NCBI RefSeq assembly: GCF_000737315.1
Contig: NZ_JMCB01000017.1
Coordinates: forward strand, 62,001 to 126,000
Source: Hyalangium minutum
Lineage (GTDB): Bacteria > Myxococcota > Myxococcia > Myxococcales > Myxococcaceae
Length of the DNA: 64,000 nucleotides
Direction: 5' to 3'
Shown: piece by piece, positions 42,340-53,800 of the stretch
How positions within the stretch are numbered: the first letter of the stretch is position 1
Layout: every line of letters begins with the position of its first letter
The notes under the pieces: model-generated
What the model was told of the DNA's origin: nothing
Database searches by the model: none
Seen by the model: the letters and a program-made list of their open reading frames with translations, nothing else
Position numbers and translations under genes: made by a program

Positions 42340-44910
42340 CTACTTGCAGCCCGGCTGCTTCTTCAAGGCACCCTTGAGCACCGGCGTCTCCCCCGAAGCA
42401 GAGGGCACCGGCAGCTCGGCGTCATCGAAGCACTTCATCCTCAGGGTCACCTGCTTCACCCCCGCGGGCAGCTTCACCACCGCGGGCGTGGTGGCCCCCA
42501 GCTCCTTGCCGCTGGCCAGGATGGTGGCGCCCTCGGGCTCGGACTCCACGCGCACCGCTAATTCCGCCGGCTCCAGCCGCACCTTCACCTGAAGCGGCTC
42601 GGAGCCCGCGGGCGGGCTGTACTTCTGCTGGTGTGGCTTGTAGCCCGGCGCGCGCACCTCGATGACCATCTCGTCACTGGAGGGCAGATCCTTGATGAAC
42701 GCGTCCTGCGAGCCCTGGGCGCGGATGACCTTGCCGTTGAGCTTCACCTCGGCGTCCTGCGGCACAGTGGCCAGCACCATGGACACGTTCTTCACCAGGG
42801 ACTCGAGCTGGGCGGACACACGCGTCACCTGCGTGCCCGCCTCGATGTTCACCGTCTCGGTGAAGGCCTTGTAGCCCTCGGCGCTGACCGCGACGACGAC
42901 CGGGCCCGCGGCCACCTGCTGCAGCACCACGCCGTTCGACACGGGGGCCTGCTGGGTGTTCAGCATCACCGTGGCCTTGCCAGCCACACTCGGCGGCAGC
43001 TCCACCATGATGAAGCCCATGGCGGGCGAGCGCGTCGCCAGGAAGCCCACCACGCTCAGCAGGACGAGCGCCGCGGCCCCAATGCCGCCCAACAGCACCA
43101 CCTTGTTCCGGCCCTGAGGACGCTCCGACGGCGCCTCCTCATCGTCCGGGTCGGCCTCCTGCTGCTGCCGGTTGACCGGGGGCGGAGGGGGAGGCGGAGG
43201 CCGCGCGCCCAGGGGCGGCAGCGAGGGCGTCGTAGGCGCCGCGGAGGGCGAATGCCGGTGGGGCGAACCCGCCGGGCTCAGCATGGGCGGCCCCCCTGCC
43301 GGAGCATCCGGGCGGACAATGCGCGGCAGCCCGTCCCCGGGATTGCGCCCCGGATTGGACGAGCGGTTGGGCGAAGCGGGCGCCTCGGGCTGCGCGCCCA
43401 CGGCGGGCATCCCGAACACGGACGGCCGCACCTGCACATTGGGCGTCGGAGTCACGACGGGGATGTTCGAGGTGGACGCACGAGGAGGCGCACCGTTCCC
43501 ACCCGAGGGAGGCCCGATGACGGCCGTCTTCCCCGTGGAGGGCGGATCGCCGTCGCCCAGGCCCACGCGCTCGGACTCGAGCGGCGTCACGGCACGGCCC
43601 ACGCCCGGCTGCGTCCGGGGCTCGTCGTTCTCGTCGAAGTACTCGCTCGAGTCCACCAGCATGGTCGCCGCAGACTCGTCGTCCTTGGGCGCCGGGGTGG
43701 CCGCGGCGGCCGTGAGCTTGGGCAGCGCGGTGAGCGAAGGCGTGCGGCGGATGGCCTCGCCTCCCGACACACTCGGCCCGAGGACCGCCGTGGCCCCCGC
43801 GCTCACCTTGGGCATCTCCGCGGGCGTGGGCAGCGGAGGCAGGAGCGGAGCGGCCGGGGAAGCGCTCGGCGTCGGAGAGCCGCCGAAACCGGCCTCGATG
43901 GCGGAGAGCATGCCCTCGGGGGGCTTGATGGTGGAGTACTCCGCCAGGCGCTGCTTCTCGCGCTCCACGTCCTCGGCGAAGGTGGCCTTCATGTACTGCA
44001 TGAGGTCCTTGCGGCCGAAGATGGAGTCGCTGGTGATGAGGAAGCGCTGCAGATCGTCGCCCAGCTCGCTGGCGTACTGGTAGCGCTCGTCCACGTCCTT
44101 GGCGAGCGCCTTGAGGACGATCTTCTCAAGCTGCTCGGGAACCTTCCGGTTGTACGTGGACGGGTTGGGGACCTCTGCCTTGCGCACCTTCTCCAGCACG
44201 GAGAAGTCGCTCTCGCCCACGAAGAGCCGCTCACCGGTGAGCATCTCGTAGAGACACACGCCGATGGCGAACACGTCCGAGCGCCGGTCCAGCGGCAGGC
44301 CGCGGATCTGCTCCGGGCTCATGTAGCCGAACTTGCCCTTGAGGATGCCGGCCTGCGTCTTCGTCGCCTTGCCCGCGGCCTTGGCGATACCGAAGTCGAT
44401 GACCTTCACCTCGCCCTCGAACGAGACGAGGATGTTCTGCGGGGAGATGTCACGGTGGACGATGTTCAGGTCCCGCCCCATCTGGTCCTTCTTGCGGTGG
44501 GCGTAGTCCAGGCCCTCGCACATCTTGGCCACGCAGTAGGCCACCAGCGGGATGGGGGCGGGCTCTCCCTTCTTCCGGCAGCGATCGAAGATCGCCCGCA
44601 TGTCCTTGCCGGGGATGTACTCCATCGCGATGAAGTAGCTGTTGGAGATCTGCCCCAGCTCGTAGATCTGCGCGATGTTGGCGTGAGCCAGCTGGACGCT
44701 GATCTTCGCCTCATCGATGAACATCGTGATGAACTCTTCGTCCTCGGCGATGTTCGGCAGGATGCGCTTGATGGCGACGAGCCGTTCAAAGCCTCCGGCG
44801 CCGAAGGTCTTCCCGCGCCACACCTCGGCCATGCCGCCGATGTTGATGCGGTCGAGAAGGAGATACTTCCCAAAGGGAATGGGCTGCCGCTTCGGTTGAG
44901 AGGTCGTCAC
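42340..44910 (-). CDS. Membrane Ser/Thr protein kinase with Pro-rich linker and C-terminal PEGA-like domains
   Basis: IGGMAEV, VAIKRIL, HRDISPQN, DFGIAKA, GKFGYMSPE; TM helix; VESEPEGATI. Confidence 0.95.
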   Translation of the reverse strand: MTTSQPKRQPIPFGKYLLLDRINIGGMAEVWRGKTFGAGGFERLVAIKRILPNIAEDEEFITMFIDEAKISVQLAHANIAQIYELGQISNSYFIAMEYIPGKDMRAIFDRCRKKGEPAPIPLVAYCVAKMCEGLDYAHRKKDQMGRDLNIVHRDISPQNILVSFEGEVKVIDFGIAKAAGKATKTQAGILKGKFGYMSPEQIRGLPLDRRSDVFAIGVCLYEMLTGERLFVGESDFSVLEKVRKAEVPNPSTYNRKVPEQLEKIVLKALAKDVDERYQYASELGDDLQRFLITSDSIFGRKDLMQYMKATFAEDVEREKQRLAEYSTIKPPEGMLSAIEAGFGGSPTPSASPAAPLLPPLPTPAEMPKVSAGATAVLGPSVSGGEAIRRTPSLTALPKLTAAAATPAPKDDESAATMLVDSSEYFDENDEPRTQPGVGRAVTPLESERVGLGDGDPPSTGKTAVIGPPSGGNGAPPRASTSNIPVVTPTPNVQVRPSVFGMPAVGAQPEAPASPNRSSNPGRNPGDGLPRIVRPDAPAGGPPMLSPAGSPHRHSPSAAPTTPSLPPLGARPPPPPPPPVNRQQQEADPDDEEAPSERPQGRNKVVLLGGIGAAALVLLSVVGFLATRSPAMGFIMVELPPSVAGKATVMLNTQQAPVSNGVVLQQVAAGPVVVAVSAEGYKAFTETVNIEAGTQVTRVSAQLESLVKNVSMVLATVPQDAEVKLNGKVIRAQGSQDAFIKDLPSSDEMVIEVRAPGYKPHQQKYSPPAGSEPLQVKVRLEPAELAVRVESEPEGATILASGKELGATTPAVVKLPAGVKQVTLRMKCFDDAELPVPSASGETPVLKGALKKQPGCK

Positions 44911-45010
44911 GAGATTCGGGGTTCTCGGGTGAGAAGACCGGAGCCTAGCGACCGCCCCTCTCTAGGGTCAACCATCGCACGCCAAGGCGGGCGTGTAGGC
45001 GAGCCCCCGC

Positions 45011-45814
45011 TCAGGGCCCCGGGCGAGCGTCCGTCCCCCCGCTGGAGGCCGCGGGTGGAGCCTCCTCCTCGTCCTCTTCTTCTTCTCGGAAGGCCGGATC
45101 CATGCCCATCCCCGGGTCACCTTCACCCTCCCCGGGAATCACGGGCTCGACGAGGGCAAAGCGCACCTCCCCGTTGGCGGACATCACCGCCGGGGAGCCA
45201 AAGCGCTGTCCGCCCGGGAGCCCCACGAGGGTGATCCACGCGCCCTGCCGGCCCGGCGCCACACAGTAGATCAAGGTCCCCGGCTGCAAGCCGGGTGCCT
45301 CGCTCACAGGACCATTACAGTCCTGTCGCACCTGGAGGGTGTACTGACTGACCGGCTGGCCTCGCACGAGGTAGGGCGGGCGTCCCAACTTCTCGAGGAG
45401 GGGGTTGAGGACGGCGGGCTCGGCGGGGACGGCGGTGGGGGTGGCCAGCTCCTGAGCCTGCTCCTGGAAGGACCGGAGCGCCAGGGAGGCCATGTCCACG
45501 GAGCCCAGGGGCGTACGGCGCTCGGCGACGACGAGATCCACGAAGAGTGCACCCACCAGCACAATGGGCAACAGCCGGTAGCCCTTGTAATCATCGCCCC
45601 GGCGCTTGATCAGGCCCCACAGCCCCCCACCCAGGGCGAGCGCGCCGAGGATGAGCACCCCTGCGGGGCGGACCAGGGAGGGCGGCTCGGTGAAGGCGGC
45701 CACCTCGGCGGTACGGGACCGGAGGGCGTCACTCACATCACCGCCATAGAGCCAGGCCAGCAGCAGCAGACAGCCCCCATTGGCCAGGAGCATCTTTCGA
45801 GAAGGGAGCGTCAT
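45011..45814 (-). CDS. Hypothetical membrane protein
   Basis: Three hydrophobic segments; 4-nt overlap with the upstream permease. Confidence 0.75.
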   Translation of the reverse strand: MTLPSRKMLLANGGCLLLLAWLYGGDVSDALRSRTAEVAAFTEPPSLVRPAGVLILGALALGGGLWGLIKRRGDDYKGYRLLPIVLVGALFVDLVVAERRTPLGSVDMASLALRSFQEQAQELATPTAVPAEPAVLNPLLEKLGRPPYLVRGQPVSQYTLQVRQDCNGPVSEAPGLQPGTLIYCVAPGRQGAWITLVGLPGGQRFGSPAVMSANGEVRFALVEPVIPGEGEGDPGMGMDPAFREEEEDEEEAPPAASSGGTDARPGP

Positions 45815-47091
45815 CCGGCGAGTGTCCGAGCAGGGTCCGTGGCGGCGGCGCGACGGCTGGGGAAGTAGGCTCCGGCGAGCGCCGCGACGAGTCCGAGCGC
45901 CACGCCCCCGAGCACCACCGGCCAGGGAAAGGAGAAGAAGCTATCGGGCTTGAAGGGGAAGTCCGGCAGGTACCGGGCCGCGAGCCGGTTGATGGCGAAC
46001 GCCAGGAGCAGGGCCAGGGCGGTGCCAGTGGCGCCTCCGAGCAGCCCGACCACCCCGGCCTCGGCGAGCACGATGTTGCGTACATCCGAGCGCGAGGCCC
46101 CCACGGCCTGCATCACGCCGATCTCCTTGGCGCGCGCGCGCACCGAGGCGGAGAGCGCGTGGGCGATGTTCACCGCGGCCAGCACGCAGATGAGGATGGA
46201 CAGCAGCGCGAGCGCGGAGGTGGTGAGCGTCACGGCGGCGCCCGCATTCTCGGCGAGCCGCCGCTCTTGGTCGTCGATCTCCAGACCCATCTCCTTCACA
46301 GCCGCGACGAGCCGCGACACCTGGGAGGGGTCCTGCGCCACGAGGGTGACGCCGGTGAACGTCTCGCCGTCCACACCCGAGGCCTTGTTGAGGCGGATGG
46401 CCGTGTCGAGCGGAATGGTGATGCCGGCGAGCAGGCCCCGATCCGAGGCCCCCACCACCTGCGCCTGGGCGGCCGTGGTCGGGCCCGGAGCGGCCTGGGC
46501 CACATAGGAGCGGTTGAACTCCACCGGAAAGCCGAAGCCGACGATCATCTGCGGCGAGAGCTGGGGCAGCTTCCGGGCCGGGGCAAAGGTCTTGTTGTAG
46601 ATCTCCAGGAGCCGCGTGGAGATGACGGCGGGGATGGGCTGATCCGGTCCCGAGTCCTTGAAGGCGCCGAGCTGGACGTCCTTCTCCACCAGCCCGGGGT
46701 CCACGCCCACGGCCAGCACCTCCATACCCATGCGCAACCGGGAGCCGAAGAAGGCGCCCTCGTAGCGGCTGACGGCGGGCACGCGGACGTTCATCTTCCG
46801 GTACACCTTCTCGACACCGGGCAGCGCGGCCAGGCGCTCCACCGTCTCATTGTCCAGCTTGCCGCCCCCGAGCAACGAGCCGAGCGACACGGCCGGAGGC
46901 ACCACGTCCACCAGCCGCGCGTCCGTGGGGAAGATGCGCTCGCGGATGACGCGGCCCACGCCCAGGCCCAGGCCCACGAAGAAGACGAGCGCGCCCACGC
47001 CCACGGCCACGCCGAAGGCGGAGAAGAACGCGCCCTTGCGCTCGCGGGCGAGGCTGAGGCGGACCAACCGCGAGAGGGCGGAGAGCCTCAT
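45811..47091 (-). CDS. ABC transporter permease (FtsX/MacB-like)
   Basis: RAKEIGVMQAVGASRSDV, PSRRAAATDP. Confidence 0.92.
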   Translation of the reverse strand: MRLSALSRLVRLSLARERKGAFFSAFGVAVGVGALVFFVGLGLGVGRVIRERIFPTDARLVDVVPPAVSLGSLLGGGKLDNETVERLAALPGVEKVYRKMNVRVPAVSRYEGAFFGSRLRMGMEVLAVGVDPGLVEKDVQLGAFKDSGPDQPIPAVISTRLLEIYNKTFAPARKLPQLSPQMIVGFGFPVEFNRSYVAQAAPGPTTAAQAQVVGASDRGLLAGITIPLDTAIRLNKASGVDGETFTGVTLVAQDPSQVSRLVAAVKEMGLEIDDQERRLAENAGAAVTLTTSALALLSILICVLAAVNIAHALSASVRARAKEIGVMQAVGASRSDVRNIVLAEAGVVGLLGGATGTALALLLAFAINRLAARYLPDFPFKPDSFFSFPWPVVLGGVALGLVAALAGAYFPSRRAAATDPARTLAG

Positions 47092-47783
47092 GGCGTACCT
47101 CCGGGAGCGGGACGGACGGGCTCCTCGACGAGCTTGCCCTCCTTGAGCCGCAGCACACGGCGGGCGGCGGAGCTCATGCGCTCCTCGTGGGTGACGGCGA
47201 GCACGGTGAGCCCCTCACGGTGCAGCTCGTGGAAGAGCTGGATGACCCCCGCGCCCGTGGCCGCATCGAGGTTGCCGGTGGGCTCATCGCACAGCAACAG
47301 CTTGGGGTCCGTGAAGAGAGCGCGGGCGATGGCCACGCGCTGGCGCTCGCCGCCGGACAGCCGCACCGGGGCGCGGTCCTTCTTGGCCAGGAGCCCCACC
47401 CGATCCAGCATGGCTTCGGCCCGCTTGCGCGCATCGAGCGACTCCGCGCCGAAGTGCGAGGGCATCAGCACGTTCTCCACCGCCGAGAGATTGGGGATGA
47501 GGTGGAAGGACTGGAAGACGAAGCCCACGTGCGAGTTGCGGAAGCGGGCGAGTTCCTGGTCTCGCAACCCGCGCAGCTTGACGCCGCCCACCTCCACATC
47601 GCCGGTGTAGTGGACGTCCAGGCCGCCGAGCAGGTGCAGCAGCGTGGACTTGCCGCTGCCCGAGGGCCCCACCACCGCGACGAAGTCCCCCTGCTCGACT
47701 TCGAGCGACAGGCCATCCAGCACGCGCACCAGCGTGCCATCCCCATCGTGGTACTCCTTGACGATGTCTCGGGCGCGGATCAC
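47088..47783 (-). CDS. ABC transporter ATP-binding protein
   Basis: [35 protein letters not shown]. Confidence 0.95.
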   Translation of the reverse strand: MIRARDIVKEYHDGDGTLVRVLDGLSLEVEQGDFVAVVGPSGSGKSTLLHLLGGLDVHYTGDVEVGGVKLRGLRDQELARFRNSHVGFVFQSFHLIPNLSAVENVLMPSHFGAESLDARKRAEAMLDRVGLLAKKDRAPVRLSGGERQRVAIARALFTDPKLLLCDEPTGNLDAATGAGVIQLFHELHREGLTVLAVTHEERMSSAARRVLRLKEGKLVEEPVRPAPGGTP

Positions 47784-49462
47784 TGGGCCTCGGTGGGCTG
47801 GGGCGGAGTCTGAGCCGGGGGCTGGGCCCCAGGCTGCGCCGCAGGCGGCGCGAGGGTCAACTTCAACGAGAGCTCCGCCTGCACGGCCTTCTCCTTCTGG
47901 GACACGCTGAAGGTCACCGCGCGCAGGTCATCCGTGGCCTCCAGCCAGCGCAGGGCGGTGGCGCGGATGGCGAAGCCTCCCACGCCCCAGGCCTCGGACG
48001 GGAGGTTGCGCACCGAGTCCGCCAGCTTGCGCAGATCCAGCACCATGAAGAGGACCGCGTCCTTCACCGAATCCCGGAGGTCCTGCGCCACCACGCTCTC
48101 TCCCGGCTTGCCCGCCAGGCCCGTGAGCGCCGCCTCCAGCCGCGCGCGAGGCGCCGCGAGCACCAGCTTCCCGTCCACCTCCGCGAAGTGAGCGCCCTCC
48201 CCCGCCCGGTACGAGGTGAGGTACACGCGCTTGCCGTTCACGTCCTCGGGCTTCACCTGCGCGCCGAAGTTGCCAGCGATGGCGGGGATCTTCTCCAGCG
48301 TGGCCTGGGCCTTGGCCGCGTCCTTGGCCTGAGCGACGGCCATCAACTGCACGTACTGGAAGGGACTGGTTCGGCGGATGTCCAGCTCGGGAACCCCCGC
48401 GCCCAGGTTGACCGTGGGCGCCAACGCCACCCCCAGCGAGATGCCGCTCTGCAGGTTGTCGAGCACCTCGCCCTTGATGTCGAAGTTGCTCTGCTGCACC
48501 GCGCGGGTGACATACGGGCCGACGATGTAGGGCCACACGCCGCTGAGTGTGGAGGGCTCTCCGCGGTAGCGCATGATGAGGAAGCTGTCCGCGGGCAGGT
48601 AGCCGAGCAGGTCCGGCCCATCCTTGGGAACGAGCGGAGAGAGGGACTCCTGGGTGTCGGGCCACGGAGCGTCCGCGCGGAGCGTCACGGACTGATCCTC
48701 GATGCGACCCGTGACGGTGAGTCCCTGCACAGTGCCAGGGCGGATGACCTGGGTGCCGCCGGGGAAGTAGAGGTGGAAGTCCCGCTCCTTGGGGAGCCGC
48801 CCCAGCGAGGCGGTCATCACCGGCTCATCCACGAGGCTCTTCTCGAGCGGCAGCGAGGCCATCTCCGGCAGCCGCGCGACGACATTGCCCGGCGCCACCA
48901 GCACGAAGTCCCCGACGAAGAGCATGCCCAGTTGGGGCGTGGGAGCGCCCTTGCGGCTGAAAGTGATGAGCGTGCCGCCGCCCGACTTCTCCTCCTTGCG
49001 CTCGGGGGCGCCGAGGCGGTTGCGCGCGAGGTTGCCGAAGGTCTCCTCCAGGGCCTTGGCATCCTTCACTCCGAGCACGGAGAAAGACTGGCCGGGCACG
49101 AGGACCGCCACGCCCGCGCCCTTGCCGGGATCGATGCCCGCCTTCTCGATGGCCTGGCGGCTGCGCAGATCCACGCCGATCTGGCGCATCACCGAGGTGA
49201 CCACCGCGTCCGCGGACGAGGAGTTCTGCAGTTGCGCCAGGAAGGAGGCGATCTTCAGGTTCTGGAAGCGCGCGAGCTTCTCGCCGAGCGTGCCGAGATC
49301 CTGAACGACGATGGCGAGCTGCACCTCACGCGGCAGAAAGCGCTCGACGGTGGGGGCCTTGCCCCCCGGGGCAGCGGGGCCCGCCTCTTTCCCACAGCGT
49401 GAGCAGCCAGCGAGCACGACGAGGAGGAGCAGCAGGGACCAGGACCAAGCGCGGCGGAGCAT
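47780..49462 (-). CDS. Large hypothetical lipoprotein (DUF3352-like)
   Basis: Lipobox LAGC; internally duplicated beta-rich pattern; 4-nt overlap with the ABC ATPase. Confidence 0.7.
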   Translation of the reverse strand: MLRRAWSWSLLLLLVVLAGCSRCGKEAGPAAPGGKAPTVERFLPREVQLAIVVQDLGTLGEKLARFQNLKIASFLAQLQNSSSADAVVTSVMRQIGVDLRSRQAIEKAGIDPGKGAGVAVLVPGQSFSVLGVKDAKALEETFGNLARNRLGAPERKEEKSGGGTLITFSRKGAPTPQLGMLFVGDFVLVAPGNVVARLPEMASLPLEKSLVDEPVMTASLGRLPKERDFHLYFPGGTQVIRPGTVQGLTVTGRIEDQSVTLRADAPWPDTQESLSPLVPKDGPDLLGYLPADSFLIMRYRGEPSTLSGVWPYIVGPYVTRAVQQSNFDIKGEVLDNLQSGISLGVALAPTVNLGAGVPELDIRRTSPFQYVQLMAVAQAKDAAKAQATLEKIPAIAGNFGAQVKPEDVNGKRVYLTSYRAGEGAHFAEVDGKLVLAAPRARLEAALTGLAGKPGESVVAQDLRDSVKDAVLFMVLDLRKLADSVRNLPSEAWGVGGFAIRATALRWLEATDDLRAVTFSVSQKEKAVQAELSLKLTLAPPAAQPGAQPPAQTPPQPTEAQ

Positions 49463-49638
49463 GGGGCGGAGTGCAGACGGACCCGGGGCCAGAGTCAATT
49501 TCTTCCTGACATCTCAGCGGGATATTCACAGTGGGCGGCTTGTTCATGGCTGGACAGGCTGCTAACAGGGCCGCCGGGCCTGCGGAGGGCGGCGTTGGAT
49601 CCCGCCGCGCAGCGCCCTCTCGCTGGGAGGGTTCACAC

Positions 49639-50742
49639 ATGCGCAAGTACGTCTCGGTCTGGGCCAGGACTCTGGCCTGCCTGCTGGTCCTCGTGTCCGC
49701 TGCAGCGGCCGAGGCAACAACGGTCCGGGTCAACTACGACGTGGGCTACGGAAACCGCATCACCCTGCGAGGCAGCAAGTCGCCGTTCTCGTGGACCACA
49801 GGGGTCAACGCCACGTGGGCCACGGGCAACGCGTGGACGTACACGTGGCCGGACAGTGTGGGGGACGTTGAGCTCAAGCCGATGATCAACGACGCCACGT
49901 GGTCGATCGGGGCCAACTACAAGGTGAAGGCGGGCACCACAGTGAACATCTACCCGTTCTTCCAGGGGCGGGCGGGCACGCTGGTGAAGATCAACAACTT
50001 CAGCTCGCCGCAGCTGGGGAACACGCGGACGCTGCGCATCTACCTGCCGCCGAGCTACTCGCTGAACCCGCTCAAGCGCTACCCGGTGCTCTACATGCAC
50101 GACGGGCAGAACCTGTTCGAGGCGGCCACGGCGTTCGGCGGCGTGGAGTGGCAGGTGGACGAGACGGCCAACAGCCTGATCAATAACGGACAGATGGACG
50201 AGGTGATCGTCGTGGGCGTGGACAACGGCGGAGCCAACCGCATCTACGAGTACACGCCGTGCTGTGATCCGCAGTACGGCGGCGGCGGAGCGGACGTCTA
50301 TGAGCGCTTCCTGCTGGAGACGGTGCGCCCGTACATCAACCAGAACTACCGGACGCTGACGACGAACAAGAACACGGCGATCATGGGCTCGTCGCTGGGT
50401 GGGCTCGTGTCGACCTACATCTCGCGGCGTCACCCCGAGGTGTTCTCGAAGTCGGGCGGCCTGTCGAGCTCGTTCTGGTGGAACGGCCAGGCGCTGACCC
50501 AACAGGTAGAGGCGGCGACGGCGAAGGTGGCGGTGAGCTTCTACATCGACGCAGGCACCAACAGCGACGGGCTCACGGAGACCACGCGGATGCGGGACGC
50601 CCTGGTGACGGACGGCTACGTGCAGGGCCAGGACCTGTACTCCTACGTGGCGCAGGGCGCGGGGCACAACGAGGCGTCCTGGGCGGCCCGGCTGAGCATC
50701 CCGCTGACGTACCTCTTCCCCTGGCAGAGCACGGTGTACTGA
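49639..50742 (+). CDS. Secreted alpha/beta-hydrolase (esterase) with small N-terminal beta domain
   Basis: Signal peptide; YLPPSY, PVLYMHDGQNLF, IMGSSLGG (GxSxG), GAGHNE; GGAGG RBS. Confidence 0.9.
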   Translation: MRKYVSVWARTLACLLVLVSAAAAEATTVRVNYDVGYGNRITLRGSKSPFSWTTGVNATWATGNAWTYTWPDSVGDVELKPMINDATWSIGANYKVKAGTTVNIYPFFQGRAGTLVKINNFSSPQLGNTRTLRIYLPPSYSLNPLKRYPVLYMHDGQNLFEAATAFGGVEWQVDETANSLINNGQMDEVIVVGVDNGGANRIYEYTPCCDPQYGGGGADVYERFLLETVRPYINQNYRTLTTNKNTAIMGSSLGGLVSTYISRRHPEVFSKSGGLSSSFWWNGQALTQQVEAATAKVAVSFYIDAGTNSDGLTETTRMRDALVTDGYVQGQDLYSYVAQGAGHNEASWAARLSIPLTYLFPWQSTVY

Positions 50743-50839
50743 GGCCCCACACGGCTGCCCCTCGGCCAGTGGGCCTCCAACCAGGGGACTTCCCAGGATC
50801 TGGAGTGAAGCCTCGATTTGGTGCTTTGCTGATCCCCTT

Positions 50840-53800
50840 ATGAAGCGCCCCCGCAGCGAGGAAGCTCACGAGACCGTGAGCTTCGCCCGGACCGATCGAG
50901 AGGAGCTGGGGGCGCCAAGAGGACCCGACCTGCCAGAGCGGACGTTCCCGGATGGCGTCCGGATCGCCGGGCGCTATCAGGTGCTGCGCTTCATCGCCAA
51001 GGGCAGCCAGGGCGAGGTGTACGCAGTGGAGGATCTCTCCCTCCACGAGTGCGTCGCCCTGAAGACCATTCACCCGGAGCGCGCCTCCCGGCCCGACGCG
51101 CTGTATCGGTTCAAGGACGAGCTGCGGTTGGCGCGCCGCGTAACACACCCGAATGTCTGCCGGGTCTTCGACTTGGGAGAGCACCTCGCGGTCCAGGAGC
51201 CCTCGGGGAAGTCCCACGCGGTGATGTTCCTCACCATGGAGCTGCTGGAAGGGGAGACCCTCCAGGCCTACGTGGCAAGGAGCGGCCGCCTCCCGCCGGA
51301 GCAAGTCCTGCTCCTGGCCGAGCAGATGGCCTCGGCGCTCGATGCGGCGCACGCGGCGCGGATCATCCACCGCGACTTCAAGAGCAGCAACGTGGTGCTC
51401 ATCCCCTCTCCTGCTTCCCCGGCGAGTCTCCGGGTGGTGGTGACCGACTTTGGGCTCGCCATGGCCCTGGCCCGGGAGAAGGACGCGTCGGCTCCCGGGG
51501 CCGGAGACTTCATCGGGACGCCCAGCTACATGTCCCCCGAGCAGGTGCGCGGTGAGGCCCTCTCCCCGGCCTCGGACATCTACTCGTTCGGCGTGGTCCT
51601 CTATGAGCTGGCCACCGGGCGCCTCCCCTTCGATGCGGAGACGCCCCTGGCCACGGCCTCCCTGCGCCTGGATGCTCCGCCGACCCCGCCTCGGAGCTGG
51701 GTGCCCGAGCTGGAGCCGCAGTGGGACACGGCCCTGCTGCGCTGTCTGGCCCTGAAGCCCCAGGACCGCTTCGCCACCGCGGCGGAGGTGGTAGCCGCCC
51801 TCCGCTCTGCGCCGCGCTCGGTGCAGCCGCCTCTCGCCTCACCTCAGGCCCGCAGATCCTTGGCGGTGTTCACGCCTCGGAGCCTGAGGGCCAGCCCGGA
51901 GACGGCCTGGCTCTCCACGGCCCTCGCGGAGGTGCTCACCGCGGAGCTATCCGCCAGCGGTCAGGTGCGCCTGCTCTCCGGTGAAGAGGTGGCCCGCATG
52001 CGCCGGGAACTCTCCCTCCCCGAAGAGGAGGGCTTCGCCCGGGAGACCCTGGGACGCATCCGCGCGCACTCTCTCGTGGATCTGGTGCTCACGGGCACCT
52101 ACCTCGCGATCGGAGCGGCGGGCGCCGCGACGCTGAGGCTTGACCTGAGCCTCCGCGATGCTGGAAGTGGCGAGACCGTCGCTCACGTGACGGAGGTGGG
52201 CTCGGAGCAGGACTTGTTGGCGCTCCTGTCTCGCGTGGGCAGTGCGCTCCGCCAGAACCTGGGGCTCGAGCCGCTGACTCCCGAGCAGGCCCTGCGTGTG
52301 CGCGGCGCCATGCCCTCCCACCCCGAGGCCGCTCGCCTCTACGCGGAGGGACTCGCCGCCCTGCGCGACTACGAGGCCGCCCTCGCCGTCGAGCGGCTCC
52401 AGCAGGTGGTGGAGCGAGAGCCGGGCTTCGCGCTGGCCCACTCCGCGCTCGCTGCGGCCTATCAAGCGCTCTTCCTCGCCGAGCGGGCCAAGAAGGCCGC
52501 GCGCCGGGCCTTCGAGCTGTCCGAGGGGCTCTCCCCCGAGGAGCGCTGGCTGGTCCAGGCCCGCCACCACGAGGCGCAGGCGGACTGGGTGTCCGCCATC
52601 GAGGCCTACCGCGAGCTCGTGAGGCTCGGCCCCGACTCCGTGGAGTACGGCACCGCCCTGGCGTCCGCTCAGATGTCGGCGGGAAAGCCTCGAGAGGCGC
52701 TCGCCACCATCGAGGCGCTGCGGAGCCTGCCCGCTCCGCTGAGCGAGGATGCGCGCATCGATCTGGTGAACGCGACTGCCACCTCGCTCACCGCCGACTT
52801 CGAGGCCTCCCGCAGGCACGCGGGGCTCGCGGTGGAGAAGGCGTGCCATGCCGGGCAGTGGGTGCTCGCCGCCTCCGCGCTGATCTCCGAGTCCTTCGCG
52901 GTCCGCAACCTGGGCAATCCCGTGCAAGCCGTGGGGCTCGCGGCGGAGGCCGGCCAGCTCTTCCTCAAGGCGGGAGATCGCGGCGGGGCCATCCGCGCCA
53001 TGCTCGGACAGGCCATCGCGCTCATCGACTTGATGCGCCTGCGAGATGCCGAGGGCGTCACGGCGGAAGCGCGCCGGCTGCTGCAGGAATACCGGGGCTC
53101 CGTGCTCGAGGGCGAGGCGCTGGGAATCGCAGGCTGGGTGCATTGCCACCTGGGAGACCTCGACGCCGCGCTGAAGTTCACCCGTGAAGCCGTTACCCTC
53201 TATCAGGGCCTGGAGATGCCTGCGGAGCTGTCCCACCATGATGTCCAAGGGGCGGTGGTGCTGCGTCACCAGGGAGCGCTGGAGGAGGCCCAGCGGCGCC
53301 TGGAGGCCGGGTGCCGCGTCGCGCAGGCCAACGGGGACGACTACACCCAGGCCTGGGCACAGCAGGAACTGGGGTTGCTCTTCATGGACCGGGGATACCG
53401 GCTCCAGGCGCGGTCGCGGCTCGAGCGGGCGCTGACGCTGCGACAGGCCCGGGGCTTCAAGGCCTTCGTCATCGAGACCGAGCTGGAGCTGTCGAAGCTG
53501 GCGCTCGAGGAGGGGCTCACGGATCAGGCCCTCGCGCTGGCGGAGCAGGCTCGCGCCTTCTACGTGGAGCAGCAGAACCGCGACCGGGAGGGGCTGGCTC
53601 ACGCGCAGTTGGCTCGGGTCTTCCAGGCCAAAGGAGAGGCCACGCAGGCTCGGGAGTCCCTGGCACGCGCCCAGGCGCTGGCGGCGAACAGCGAGGACGT
53701 GTTCATCCAAGCGGACGTCCTGCTCACCCGCGCGGCGCTGGCCTTGCTGGGCTCCCCTGCCGAGCAGGAGGAAGCGGAGCGTCAACTCCCAGGCTTCATC

